Positions 32,910 through 43,274 of a stretch of DNA of 64,000 nucleotides are shown in pieces; position 1 is the stretch's first letter; every line of letters starts with the position of its first letter. The stretch spans positions 2,368,127 through 2,432,126 of the forward strand of contig OY969567.1 in the NCBI GenBank assembly GCA_963701135.1, given 5' to 3'. A program made the position numbers and the translations under genes. Source of the stretch: an uncultured Chloroflexia bacterium. GTDB taxonomy: Bacteria; Chloroflexota; Dehalococcoidia; DSTF01; JACRBR01. Below the pieces are notes generated by a model. It did no database searches. It saw nothing but the letters and a program-made list of their open reading frames with translations, and was not told where the DNA came from.

Positions 32910-33158
32910 CTATCGGAGTGGTTTACCGGCTGGGATCAGCTCGCCGGTTCCATCGGTAGCCTCGGAGATTGCTTCTGAGAAGTCCTCGAAGCATCTCGGC
33001 TCATGGACGACTGAATCAGACGCCCCCGGAGCGAGGGGCTCGATGAAGACAACACAATGGCTCCCCGGTTCGCTGCTGGCTGGGCTAGCCACTGCCGACA
33101 GCAGGACGGTTGCGGAAGCGAGTACCAGAATGGCCAATGCAATCCTCAGGGCTCTCAT
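32910..33158 (-). pseudogene. Truncated paralogue of the 32231-32785 secreted protein
   Basis: Signal peptide then HCV..PLAPG..RCF..FSEAI..ATDG shared with the paralogue; stops before the crystallin domain. Confidence 0.7.
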
Positions 33159-33209
33159 GATGCGCGGTCCTTTCGCTAAGGAGGTTGCGCTCAGGATAGG
33201 AGGAGGCGC

Positions 33210-33226
33210 GTTAACCTGTCGTTAAC
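33210..33226 (-). promoter_or_regulatory. GTTAAC-N5-GTTAAC direct repeat upstream of a TATCCT -10
   Basis: Exact hexamer repeat, 11-nt period, 11 nt before TATCCT on the minus strand. Confidence 0.55.
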
Positions 33227-33501
33227 TCGCGCCGACCCAGCGGACGGGCTCTTGCCTCCCCACCCATGTAACTCGCCATCGCGTCCTGGGTCATGCCGAC
33301 GATGACGCGAACCATGAGCACGATGGCCAGTCCGGCGAGGGCGTTGACGATGGCGGACTTCCCCTGCTCCATGTGGCGGGGGCTGCCGGAGGCGGACATG
33401 TACATGAAGGCGCCCCACATGACGAAGAAGGCCGATACGGCCACCCCGACGCCCAAGCCGATGTTGAGCAGGTGGTTGAACAGGCTGTTGATTTGGTCCA
33501 T
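33211..33501 (-). CDS. TrbC/VirB2-like conjugal pilin
   Basis: Two TMs around WGAFMYMSASGSPRHMEQGKSAIVNALAGL; AGGAGGGG RBS before ATG 33501. Confidence 0.75.
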   Translation of the reverse strand: MDQINSLFNHLLNIGLGVGVAVSAFFVMWGAFMYMSASGSPRHMEQGKSAIVNALAGLAIVLMVRVIVGMTQDAMASYMGGEARARPLGRRELTTG

Positions 33502-33569
33502 CTGAGATACTTCCCCTCCTAGTTCCGGGGTGTTGGGTTTACATGCTCTTCCGAGAGCAGGCGGAACTC

Positions 33570-33822
33570 GGCCACGAGCCAGCCTCACGCCTTCCTTCGT
33601 CAGCCGGCAGGCGACCCGCTGCGTCACCCGCTCCTCGATCAGCCGGCTTGACTCGGCGTCGACGCTCCTTCGGATTTCCTCCGCCGTGACCGAGGCCGTC
33701 GGTTCAGCGGCGCTCTGCTGCTCGTGTCCGCTGCACGCAGCCAGCGCCGCCGCGAGACACACACAAGCAGCCGCCGCTACAGCGACGGAACTCCGCGCAT
33801 GTCCGTTCGTGCTTCTTATCAT
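33570..33822 (-). pseudogene. N-terminal fragment of a lipoprotein truncated at the island boundary
   Basis: LAAC lipobox with high-GC codons, running in frame into the pilin upstream region. Confidence 0.4.
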
Positions 33823-33923
33823 CGGATGAGCATACGCCCGCCCTGGCGGCGGGAGATCCACGATGCGTACCGCTTGGCTCCACCCCGGCGACGCCGCTCC
33901 GCACCCCTAGTGGAAACCCCTAT

Positions 33924-36773
33924 GTGCCGTCCGGCATCTGCTGCCGAACCTTTGATCGAGTCCAACTCGCGGGGCTCGTACGAGGTAGCACGGTGCCATC
34001 ACGACTCCAGGCGCTGGCGCGGATCTGCACCAACGCGTCCCCCACCGCGGCGGACGTCACGGACGCTTGCTCGGTGATCACCGACGCGCTCGCCGCAGAG
34101 GACGCGTACGTCATCCGGGCAGGCGATCCCGCATTCGTCCGCCTGGGATGTCCGTGCGATCCGGGCGCGTACGAGATCAAGCAGAAGGGTTACTGGCTCG
34201 TCTGGCGCCAGTTGGTCACCAACGCTCACGTCAGTGGTGGTTTGTTCGATGCGGCAGAGCGCATCGTCGCCGGCGGCAAGGCGCTCGTGCCGAGCACCCC
34301 GGCGACGCATCTCGCGGCCATTCTTCCCGGCGACGAGAGCAACTCAGACCTCCTGATCGTCCGGGGCCCCTGGCCGGACGGGCTCGACGACGAACGGATC
34401 GCGTTCTTCGAGGCGGCGCGCCCGATCCTGGCTCACCTCGTCGGCAACGTGCTCGATGCCCAACGGCGCGCGCGCCAGCGCGAGCAGTTGGAGTCGCTGG
34501 CGAACGTCTCGAACGCGTTCAACCAGGCCCAGGAGACCGAGCACGTCCTGTCCGCGCTCGCCACGGCGCTTGCGAAGGCGTCCGGCTTCGACTGGGTCGT
34601 CATCGAGACGTATGACGAGACCGGCGAAGTCATGCTGGAACGCACCCTCAACGTCGCGCGGTACTCCGCGACCAACACGGCGGCATCGTGGCGAAACGAC
34701 AAGGTCGTCCCCACCGGGACGGGGCAGCTGCAGTTCGGCGCGGCGCTGGCACGCGCCGGCAAGCCCTTCCTGATGCCGGACGTCCACGACGAGCAGGCGT
34801 GGGAGCGCCGCCAGGCGGCGAACCCCGTCGACCCGGTGCCGCTGCGTAAGTTCTATGAGCGCGCGCACATCGTATCCACCGCCGTCTTCCCGGTCGTGTT
34901 CCAGCAGAAGGCGCTCGGCGGCATCAGTTTCGCATCGTCCACGCCGCATGCATTCGAAGCGGCGGAGGTGGAGTTCCTCACAGCGCTCGTCGCCCAGGCA
35001 GCGACCGCCATCAAGGGCCTGCGGCTCTACCAGGAGCTGCAGGACTCGCGAGAGGAGATCCGCCAGCGCGAAGAGTGGTTCCGGTCGCTCGTCCAGCACG
35101 CGTCGAACCTGATCACGGTGATCGAGCCGGACACGACGATCCGGTACCAGAGCCCGGCGATCTCGCGCGTCCTGGGACTCGCGCCGGAGATGGTCGTCGG
35201 ACAGCGGCTGCTCGACAGCATCCACCGCGACGATGCCGCCGCGTTCCTCGCCGCGCTCGGCGACCTCATGACGAAGCACGATGTCACCGTCACCGGCGAA
35301 GGCCGCGTCCGACATCGCAACGGCGACTGGCGGCACCTCGAGTTCACCGGCACGGACCAGCGGGAGAATCCGGCCATCAACGGCCTCGTCCTGAACGTCC
35401 GCGATGTCACCGAGCGCAAGCTGCTCGAGCAGCAGCTCCGCTACCAGGCGCTCCACGATCCCCTTACGAAGCTGGCGAACCGCACGCGGTTTACCGACCG
35501 GCTTGAACACGCCCTCCTGCGATCCACCCGCAGCGGCGACCGCGTGGCTGTGCTCTTCATGGACCTCGATAACTTCAAGGGCGTCAATGACAGCCTCGGC
35601 CACACCGCCGGCGACCGCCTCCTCACGGAAGTGGCCGTGCGCGTGCAGGACTGCCTCCGCCCCGTCGACACGGTCGCGCGGCTTGGGGGCGATGAATTCG
35701 CGGTGCTCATCGAGGACCTCAGCGACGTGAGCGAGGCAGCGGACGTCACGGAACGGATCTTCGAGGCGCTGCAGGCGCCCTTCGACCTCGAAGGCAAAGA
35801 GCTGCTCGTGCGCGCGAGCATCGGCGTCGCCGTGGGCGATGCGCAGGAGCGCGGCACAACCGCCGAGGCGCTGCTGCGCGACGCCGACACCGCCATGTAC
35901 GTCGCGAAGTCGCGTGGCAAGGGACGTTACGAGGTCTTCGAGGCCGGTATGCAGGTGTCCATGACCGAACGCCTGGACCTCATCGCCGACCTGCACCACG
36001 CGGTCGAGAATCGCGAGTTCATCCTCCACTACCAGCCGGTCATCCTGCTCAGGACCGGCGAGCTGTTCGGCGTCGAAGCGCTGGTCCGATGGCAGCACCC
36101 CCGCCGCGGGTTGATCCCGCCGGGAGACTTCATTTCGCTTGCGGAAGACTCCGGCGCGATCGTCGGCCTGGGCCGCTGGGTGCTCGAAGAAGCGTGCCGG
36201 CAAGCCGCGGACTGGCAGGCCGCGTACCCCGGCATCGCCGACTGGACGCTGAGCGTCAACGTGTCGGCGAAGCAGCTTCAACGCCCGGGCTTCGCGGCCG
36301 AAGTCGAGCGCGTGCTCGGTGAGACGGGGTTGCATCCGCACCGCCTGATCCTGGAGATCACCGAGAGCGTGATGATGCAGGACATCGGCCTGATGATGTC
36401 GCGGCTGCAGGAACTCAAGGCGCTCGGCGTGCGGCTGGCGATCGACGACTTCGGTACCGGATACTCGTCGCTCAGCTACCTGCGCCAGTTCCCGTTCGAC
36501 CTGCTCAAGATCGACAAGTCGTTCATCGACGACGTCGATGCGGAGCCGCAGCGCAAGGATCTCACCCGCGCGATCATCGAGCTCGGCAAGACGCTCGACG
36601 TCGAGCTGGTGGCGGAGGGCATCGAGCGGAGCGAGCAGCTCGCGCGGCTGACGACGCTGGACTGCGAGCTGGGGCAGGGGTTCTACTTCGCGAAGCCCAT
36701 GGAGCCCCGTGACGTCGAAGACCTGTTCGCCCGCATCGAGGCGGGCGCCGACGCGGCGAGCGACGCAGCCTAG
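33924..36773 (+). CDS. GAF-PAS-GGDEF-EAL diguanylate cyclase/phosphodiesterase
   Basis: HDPLTKLANR, RLGGDEF, VEALVRW, IDDFGTGYSS, KIDKSF, QGFYF. Confidence 0.95.
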   Translation: MPSGICCRTFDRVQLAGLVRGSTVPSRLQALARICTNASPTAADVTDACSVITDALAAEDAYVIRAGDPAFVRLGCPCDPGAYEIKQKGYWLVWRQLVTNAHVSGGLFDAAERIVAGGKALVPSTPATHLAAILPGDESNSDLLIVRGPWPDGLDDERIAFFEAARPILAHLVGNVLDAQRRARQREQLESLANVSNAFNQAQETEHVLSALATALAKASGFDWVVIETYDETGEVMLERTLNVARYSATNTAASWRNDKVVPTGTGQLQFGAALARAGKPFLMPDVHDEQAWERRQAANPVDPVPLRKFYERAHIVSTAVFPVVFQQKALGGISFASSTPHAFEAAEVEFLTALVAQAATAIKGLRLYQELQDSREEIRQREEWFRSLVQHASNLITVIEPDTTIRYQSPAISRVLGLAPEMVVGQRLLDSIHRDDAAAFLAALGDLMTKHDVTVTGEGRVRHRNGDWRHLEFTGTDQRENPAINGLVLNVRDVTERKLLEQQLRYQALHDPLTKLANRTRFTDRLEHALLRSTRSGDRVAVLFMDLDNFKGVNDSLGHTAGDRLLTEVAVRVQDCLRPVDTVARLGGDEFAVLIEDLSDVSEAADVTERIFEALQAPFDLEGKELLVRASIGVAVGDAQERGTTAEALLRDADTAMYVAKSRGKGRYEVFEAGMQVSMTERLDLIADLHHAVENREFILHYQPVILLRTGELFGVEALVRWQHPRRGLIPPGDFISLAEDSGAIVGLGRWVLEEACRQAADWQAAYPGIADWTLSVNVSAKQLQRPGFAAEVERVLGETGLHPHRLILEITESVMMQDIGLMMSRLQELKALGVRLAIDDFGTGYSSLSYLRQFPFDLLKIDKSFIDDVDAEPQRKDLTRAIIELGKTLDVELVAEGIERSEQLARLTTLDCELGQGFYFAKPMEPRDVEDLFARIEAGADAASDAA

Positions 36774-36832
36774 CGGCGCCCGGCGCAACGTCGCCGAAGC
36801 GCGCTCGCGCCCGAGCGCTTACACTCCGAACT

Positions 36833-37987
36833 GTGATCACCCGCACACGTCTCCTGCTGGCGGCCGTCACGATGTGCCTGCTGGTCGCGGCCTGCTCATC
36901 GGGCGATGAGGCACGCCCGGCCGCGACCTCGACACCCGTCGCCGCACCGACGCTGGAACAGGTCGCGAATCGCGGGCCGTACGGCGTCGGCGTGGCCACG
37001 TTCAGCCTGGTCGACGCCGCGCGCCCTACCGCGCCGAACCGAGAGGCCCCGGGCACGCCCGACCGGCGGATGGATGTCGAGGTGTGGTATCCCGCCGCCG
37101 CGACCGCGGAGGCGCCGGAGCAGCGCGACGCGGCCCTCGAACGGTCCGGCGGTCCCTACCCGCTGATCATCTTCGCGCACGGGTTCTCGTCCTTGCGGCG
37201 GCAGTCGGCATCGTACACGCAGCACCTCGCGAGTCATGGCTACGTCGTCGCGGCGCCGGGGTTCCCGCAGAGCCGCATCGACACGCCCGGCGGCCCGCGC
37301 ATCTCCGCCGTCCTGGACCAGCCGGCCGACGTCGCGTTCGTCATCGACGAGATGCTGCGGCGCGGGGCGGCGGGCGTCGGCGTCTTCGCCGGAGCGATCG
37401 ATGCAAACCGCATCGGCATGACCGGCCACTCGCTGGGCGGGCTGACGGCGATGCTGTCGGCGTACGGCGCCGAGCGCGACGCGCGCATCAAGGCGATCGT
37501 GCCGATCTCTCCCTTCGGCTGTGTCCTTCCGCTGGATATCGCGGCCGGCACATCCGTGCCCGCGATGATCATCGGTGGTTCGAGAGACCGGATCGTCGGC
37601 CCGGCGAGCATCCGCGCGGCGTATGAGGCGGCGAGCGTGCCCCGGTACTACGCCGAGATCATCGGCGCGGACCACATCCGTTTCGCCGATTTCGACACGA
37701 CCGACGAGAAACTCGGCGACGTGGTTTCGACCGCATCCCGTGGCGACGCAGCCGGCGATGCCGTCAAGGTGGCGCAGGCGCTCAACGGCAACGTGGCGGC
37801 GTGCCTCGGACGCACCGATGCAACCGGCGAGCTGATAGCCGGCGACCGGCAGCGTGAATTGCTGCGCACGCTGGCGACGCCGTTCTTCGACGCCTACCTC
37901 CGCGGCGACACAGCGGCGATGCGTTTCTTGCGCGAGACCTTGCCCGCACTGAGCGGCATCAGGCTGGAGTCCGACGCCGGAGGCTAA
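36833..37987 (+). CDS. Alpha/beta-hydrolase lipoprotein (dienelactone hydrolase/PAF-AH-like)
   Basis: VAAC lipobox, GPYGVG, PLIIFAHG, GHSLGG nucleophile elbow, GADH. Confidence 0.85.
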   Translation: MITRTRLLLAAVTMCLLVAACSSGDEARPAATSTPVAAPTLEQVANRGPYGVGVATFSLVDAARPTAPNREAPGTPDRRMDVEVWYPAAATAEAPEQRDAALERSGGPYPLIIFAHGFSSLRRQSASYTQHLASHGYVVAAPGFPQSRIDTPGGPRISAVLDQPADVAFVIDEMLRRGAAGVGVFAGAIDANRIGMTGHSLGGLTAMLSAYGAERDARIKAIVPISPFGCVLPLDIAAGTSVPAMIIGGSRDRIVGPASIRAAYEAASVPRYYAEIIGADHIRFADFDTTDEKLGDVVSTASRGDAAGDAVKVAQALNGNVAACLGRTDATGELIAGDRQRELLRTLATPFFDAYLRGDTAAMRFLRETLPALSGIRLESDAGG

Positions 37988-38045
37988 ATCGGACGCCGTA
38001 GCCCGGGCTGTGCAGCCCGCACGGTGCTACCTGGGCGTCGCGCCG

Positions 38046-38402
38046 CTACCGGCGGCCCCGCCCCTTCGCGGGCGGCGCGGCATCAGGATTGATGCCGAAC
38101 GTCAGGTGCACCGTGCCGCCGAAGCGGCTCGGGTCGCCGCCGCCGCGCGCCATCGCCTTATCGAGATCTTCCTGGAACGCGTGCATCACCGTGGGATCGT
38201 CGCACTCCATGACGAAGACGTCCGAGGCCTCGTGCGTGAACGCGCTCGTCCAGTAGCGGCGCAGCAAATCCACCTTGCCGGCGTACTGCTTCAAGACCTG
38301 TTCGAAGGCCTTGCCCGGCTTGGCACGCTCCGCGGCCGACATCGCCGCGTACCCTGGGGGCGTGCGCGCGTAGATGATGACTCCATACTTGCGGCCAGCC
38401 AT
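38046..38402 (-). CDS. Small ferredoxin-like alpha/beta barrel protein (darcynin/chlorite-dismutase-like pattern)
   Basis: AAGGAGG RBS; TTGACA-N18-CACACT promoter; Y.AMS..ER and AF....DV.V.E.DD pattern. Confidence 0.55.
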   Translation of the reverse strand: MAGRKYGVIIYARTPPGYAAMSAAERAKPGKAFEQVLKQYAGKVDLLRRYWTSAFTHEASDVFVMECDDPTVMHAFQEDLDKAMARGGGDPSRFGGTVHLTFGINPDAAPPAKGRGRR

Positions 38403-38595
38403 GGATCCTCCTTTGGCGATCTTTACGGGCAGAGTCCGAGTGTGCGGCGCACCGCCGGCGCTTGTCAAGCCAGAGAGACGAAGACGGCCGCCACGGGCAC
38501 GGGCGGCAGCGGGACGAGCATGATGGTTCAGCTCCAGTGGTGGGCGGGACGGCGCCGTTGTGCCACGGCCGCCGCTTACGTTCGCCCGGCGGGGA

Positions 38596-39624
38596 TCAGT
38601 CCAGCACGAGCTCGGCGATCGTGCGAAGCATCGCGGGCGGCCCACCGACGAGCAGCGTGGTCGCGACCGTGCGCTTCCACTCCGCCAACTCGTCCTTGAT
38701 CTTGCCGGGCGGGCCGATGAGCGCGACGTCTTCCACCATCCGCGTCGGGACGGCGGCCATCGCCTCGCGCTTTTGCCCGGCCAGGAACAGACTCTGGATG
38801 TTCTCGCACTCCGCTTCGTAGCCCATGCGCACGAAGACGTCGTAGTGGAAGTTCTCGCTGCGTGCGCCCATGCCGCCGATGTACAGCGCGAGCATCGGCC
38901 GCATGAGGTCCGCCGCCGCCTCGACGTCATCGTTCACGATGATCGAGACGGCCGCCGGCACGTCGAACTCCTCCGGCTTGCGACGGGCGCCCGGACGCGC
39001 GAACCCCTCCGCGAGCGCCTTGCGGTAGAACGCATCGCTCTTCGGCGAGAAGAACACCGGCATCCAGCCATCCGCAATCTCGGCGGCCATCGCGACATTC
39101 TTCGGGCCCTCCGCGCCGAGGTAGATGGGGATGTCCTTCCGCAGCGGGTGCACGATCGACTTCAGCGGCTTGCCCAGCCCCATGCCGCCCGGGTGCGGCA
39201 CCTGGTAGTGCCGGCCCTGGAACTCCAGCGGCTCCTCACGCGCGACGATGCGCCGGATGATCTCGACGTACTCCCGCGTGCGTTCGAGCGGCCGCGGATA
39301 CGGCTGGCCGTACCACCCTTCCACCACCTGCGGCCCCGACGCGCCGAGCCCCAGGATGAAGCGTCCGCCCGACAGGTGGTCGAGCGTGATCGCCGACATC
39401 GCCATCGCCGCCGGCGTCCGCGCCGAGATCTGCGCGATCGACGTGCCGAGCCTGACGCGCGACGTGCTTGCGCCCCACCAGGCGAGCGGCGTCAGGCAGT
39501 CGGAGCCGTACGCCTCGGCCGTCCAGATCGAGTCGAAGCCCAGGCGCTCCGCCTCGGCGATGCTCTCCTCGATGCCGGCGGGCGGCCCCGAAGTCCAGTA
39601 CCCGGTCGCCAGCCCGAGCTTCAT
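38596..39624 (-). CDS. LLM-class F420-dependent oxidoreductase (Rv3520c-like)
   Basis: WTAEAYGSD, TLDHLSGGRFILGLGASGPQVVEGWYG, LALYIGGMGA. Confidence 0.92.
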   Translation of the reverse strand: MKLGLATGYWTSGPPAGIEESIAEAERLGFDSIWTAEAYGSDCLTPLAWWGASTSRVRLGTSIAQISARTPAAMAMSAITLDHLSGGRFILGLGASGPQVVEGWYGQPYPRPLERTREYVEIIRRIVAREEPLEFQGRHYQVPHPGGMGLGKPLKSIVHPLRKDIPIYLGAEGPKNVAMAAEIADGWMPVFFSPKSDAFYRKALAEGFARPGARRKPEEFDVPAAVSIIVNDDVEAAADLMRPMLALYIGGMGARSENFHYDVFVRMGYEAECENIQSLFLAGQKREAMAAVPTRMVEDVALIGPPGKIKDELAEWKRTVATTLLVGGPPAMLRTIAELVLD

Positions 39625-40767
39625 GCTCCGGCCTGCTCCTTCGCGGCGGCGGCGAGCGACGCCGACATGGCCGATACGGTCTCGATGTACTCCTCGACCA
39701 TGCTGTAGATCACCTCGCGCACGGTCCGCACCGCGTTCATGCTGCCGACGATCTGGCCCACAGGCGATCCGACAAGGTCGCGCGCGCCGGTCTCAGGGTT
39801 GTCGGCGTAGCGGTGCATGCGGCCTATCGCGTCGGCGGTGAGCATGAACTGGAGCGGCATGGGCAGCGCGCCCGGAGAGTCCGGCGCATCCCACGCCTCG
39901 GTCCACGGCGTGCGCAGCAGCCGCGCCGGCTTGCCGGTCATCGAGCGCGACCGCACCGTATCGCGCGACGTCGCCGCGAGCAGCTTTTCCTTCACGACGG
40001 GATGCGTGTCGGACTCGGCGACGGTGAGCCAGATCGAGCCGGTCCACACGCCGTCCGCGCCGAGCGCCAGCGCCGCCGCAGCCTGCCGTCCGCTGCCGAT
40101 GCCGCCCGCCGCGAGCACGGGTACCGGCGCCACCGCATCGACGACCTGCGGCGTCAGCACCATCGTGCTGATCTCGCCCGTGTGGCCGCCGGCCTCCGTG
40201 CCCGACGCGATGATCACGTCGACGCCGGCCGCGACCTGCTTGCGCGCCTGGTCCACCGTGCCGATGAGCGCGGCGACGCGCACGCCCTGCGCGTGCGCGC
40301 GTTCGATGACGTCCGCGGGCGGCGGGCCGAGCGCGTTCACGAGCAGCTTGATGTCGTGCGAGAGCGCGACGTCGACCTGCGGCATGCCGCCGGTCGTGCG
40401 TCCAGCCGAGCAGGCTCTCCGGATGCGGCGCGTCCGCCGGCAATGGCGGCACGTTGTGGCGCCGGAGCACCTCCTCGACGAAGTCCCGGTGCCGTTGCGG
40501 GATCATCTCTTCGAGTGCGTCTTCGGCGCGTCGGCCGCGCCCTGCGCCAGCGATGCCGGCATCACGACGTCGACGCCGTACGGCTTGCCGTCGACGTGCT
40601 CGTCGATCCAGCGCGAGCTCGATCTCGAGCTGTTCGGGCGAGAAGGCGAGCGCGCCGAGCACGCCCATGCCGCCGGCGCGGCTCACCGCCGCGACGACGT
40701 CGCGGCAGTGGCTGAACGCGAAGATCGGAAACTCGATGCCGAATTCGTCGCAGATCCGTGTGTGCAT
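39621..40767 (-). CDS. Nitronate monooxygenase/enoyl-CoA reductase family protein (indels)
   Basis: PIFAFSHCRDVVAAVS, GTEAGGHTG, LAAGGIGSG, GVWTGSIWL, SMTGKPAR. Confidence 0.85.
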
Positions 40768-40793
40768 GTGCGTGCTCCCTGCGCCGTAGCCGG

Positions 40794-42013
40794 CTACGCC
40801 CGCTCCGGCGTGAACCGCACCGGCAAGTGTTTAATCCCGTTGACGAAGTTCGACCGCAGCCGGCGCGGCTCTCCGTTCGGCTCGATGTCCGGCAGCCGCC
40901 GGAACAGCTCCTCGAACATCACTCTGATCTCCAGCCGCGCCAGGCTGGCGCCGAGGCAGAAGTGGTGGCCGCCGCCGCCGAACGCCAGGTGCGGGTTCGG
41001 ATCGCGGCCGACGTCGAAGCGTGTCGGCGTTCTCGAACACGTCCTCGTCGCGATTCGCCGAGGGGTAGTACATGACCACCTTCTCGCCTTCGCGGATGCG
41101 CTGGCCGCGGACCTCCGTGTCGCGCGTCGCGGTGCGCCGGAAGTAGATCAGCGGCGAACCCCAGCGCAGCATCTCCTCGACCGCGACCGGCATGAGCGAT
41201 GGGTCGTCGATCAGCCGCTGGCGCTGCGCCGGGTGCTCCATGAACGCCCGCATGGCGCCGGCGATCAGGTTGCGCGTCGTCTCGTTGCCGGCCACGCACG
41301 AGCAAGATGAAGAACGCGTCGAACTCCGGCTCGCTCAGCTCCTCGCCTTCGACCTCGGCCTGCAGCAGCACGCTGATCAGGTCGTCGCGCGGCTCCTGCT
41401 TCCGCTGCGACGCGAGCTGGTGCGCGTACATGAACAGCTCGGTCGCGGCCACCCTGCCGTCTTCCGGCGACGTCGTGAACTCCGGGTCGTCGAAGCCGAT
41501 CAGCCGGTTGCTCCAGTCGAAGAGCATGTGCCGCTCTTCGTGCGGGACGCCGATCATCTCGGCGATCACCTGGAGCGGCAGCTCGGCCGCCACCTCCGTC
41601 ACGAAGTCGCACGCGCCGCGCTCCGCGACCTCATCGATGATGCGCGTCGTGATGTCGCGGACGTGCGGCTCGAGCTTGCGGATCATCGCCGGCGTGAAGC
41701 CGGTGGCGACGAGCCGGCGATACAGCGTGTGCTTCGGCGGGTCCATGTTCAGCATCAACGTCTGGATCATCGCCAACGCGTCCGGCGGCAGATCGTCGAT
41801 GTTCGTGCCAGCGCGCGCCGAAGAGAACGTCGCGGAGTCCTGCGACACCGTCACGATGTCGTCGTACTTGGTCAGCGCCCAGAACCCCGGTCCGTTTGGC
41901 TTCCCGGTGCCAGTACACCGGGGCCTCGCGCCGGAGCAGCTTGAAACGTCGTGCGGAAGACGCTCCGTGTACACGTCCGGGCTGTAGATGTTGACTTCGG
42001 TCAGTTGCACCAT
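40794..42013 (-). CDS. Cytochrome P450, steroid C26-oxidase (CYP125/124/142)-like (indels)
   Basis: LNMDPPKH, AGNETTRN, EEMLRW, PHLAFGGGGHHFCLGA heme motif, RSNFVNGIK. Confidence 0.9.
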
Positions 42014-42049
42014 GCTGTGTTCTCCAGTCCGCGCTTCCGCGGCTATTCC

Positions 42050-43249
42050 TCAGTACGAACGCGGCAGCCCCAGGCTCCACTCCGAGACGTAGTTCAGGAT
42101 CATTTCGCGGCTCACCGGCGCCGTCTTGAACAGGCGCGCGCCGAACCACAGGTTGATCAGCCCGTAATCCTCCAAGAAGCCGTTGCCGCCGTGCGTCTCG
42201 AGCGCGGCATCGACCGCCTTCAGCGCGAGGTCGGCGGCCAGGAACTTCGCCATGTTCGACTGCGTGCCGACTTCCAGCGGGTCGAGGCCCTGGTCGAACG
42301 ACCACGCCGCGCGGTACATCATCAGCTTCACCGCTTCGTGCCAGATCTTCGCCTCCGCGAGCGGGTGCGCGATCGACTGGTAGGCGCCGATCGGCGTGTC
42401 CTTGAAGACGCGGCGCTCCTTCGCGTACGCGACCGATTTCTCCAGGCACTGCTGCGTCATGCCGGAGCAGATCGCGGCGGCGAGGATGCGCTCCGGGTTC
42501 AGCGAGTTGAACATCGCCGTGGCGCCGTTGTCTTCCTGCCCCGACGAGGTTGCCGGCCGGCACCTCCACGTTGTCGAAGAAGAGCTGAAACTGGCCGGCC
42601 CCGTCGCCCGCGGGCGTGGGCAGGAGCGTCTTCTCGAGACCCGGCGACTTCGTGTCGACGAGGAACAGCGAGAGCCCGTGCAACTTCGGCTTGCCCTGCT
42701 CCTTCAGCTCCTCGCACCGTCGTCGTCCGCGCGACGAGCAGCATGTAGTCCGCCATGGTCGACGCCCGTGATGAACACCTTCTGTCCGTTGACGCGGTAG
42801 ACGTCGCCGTCGCGCCGCGCGTGCGTCTCGATGCGGAACGTGTTGGTGCCCGCGTTCGGCTCCGTCACGGCGAAGCACAGCTTCATCTCACCGGCGACGA
42901 TCTTCGGCAGGACGCGCGCCTTCAGCTCATCGGAGCCGTTCTTGACGATGCAGGCCGCGTCCATCGATGTGACAAGCATGCAGGCCGGGGAAGAAGCCCT
43001 GCGCCGTCATCTCCTCGAACGCAATGCGTGAGCGCGAGCAGCCCGGCGTTCGTTGCCGCCGTACTGCTCCGGCACCAGGCAGCCCAGCAGGCCGATGCGC
43101 GCGAAGTCGTCCCAGAGCTCCTGCGGGAACTTGCGCTCCGCGTTCATGTCGCGGAACTCCTCCCGCCGCGGGATGTACTTCTGCAGCATCGCCCGCACCG
43201 ACGTGCGTATGAGCTGGTGTTCTTCGGCGAGCGTGAAATCCAGGCTCAT
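42050..43249 (-). CDS. Acyl-CoA dehydrogenase (indels)
   Basis: FAVTEPNAG, NGQKVFIT, LNPER, IGAYQSIAHPLA, ETHGGNG. Confidence 0.88.
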
Positions 43250-43274
43250 CGTTCTGCGTTCCCTCTTCCCGGCG

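Noticed and set aside
33211-33861. 216-aa lipoprotein-pilin fusion
   Set aside because: An internal strong SD and ATG at 33501 and a composition break indicate chance in-frame joining at the island edge
34344-36788. Long antisense ORFs (814 aa here; also 3865-5391, 23775-24917, 52602-53660)
   Set aside because: Typical high-GC shadow frames opposite well-supported genes
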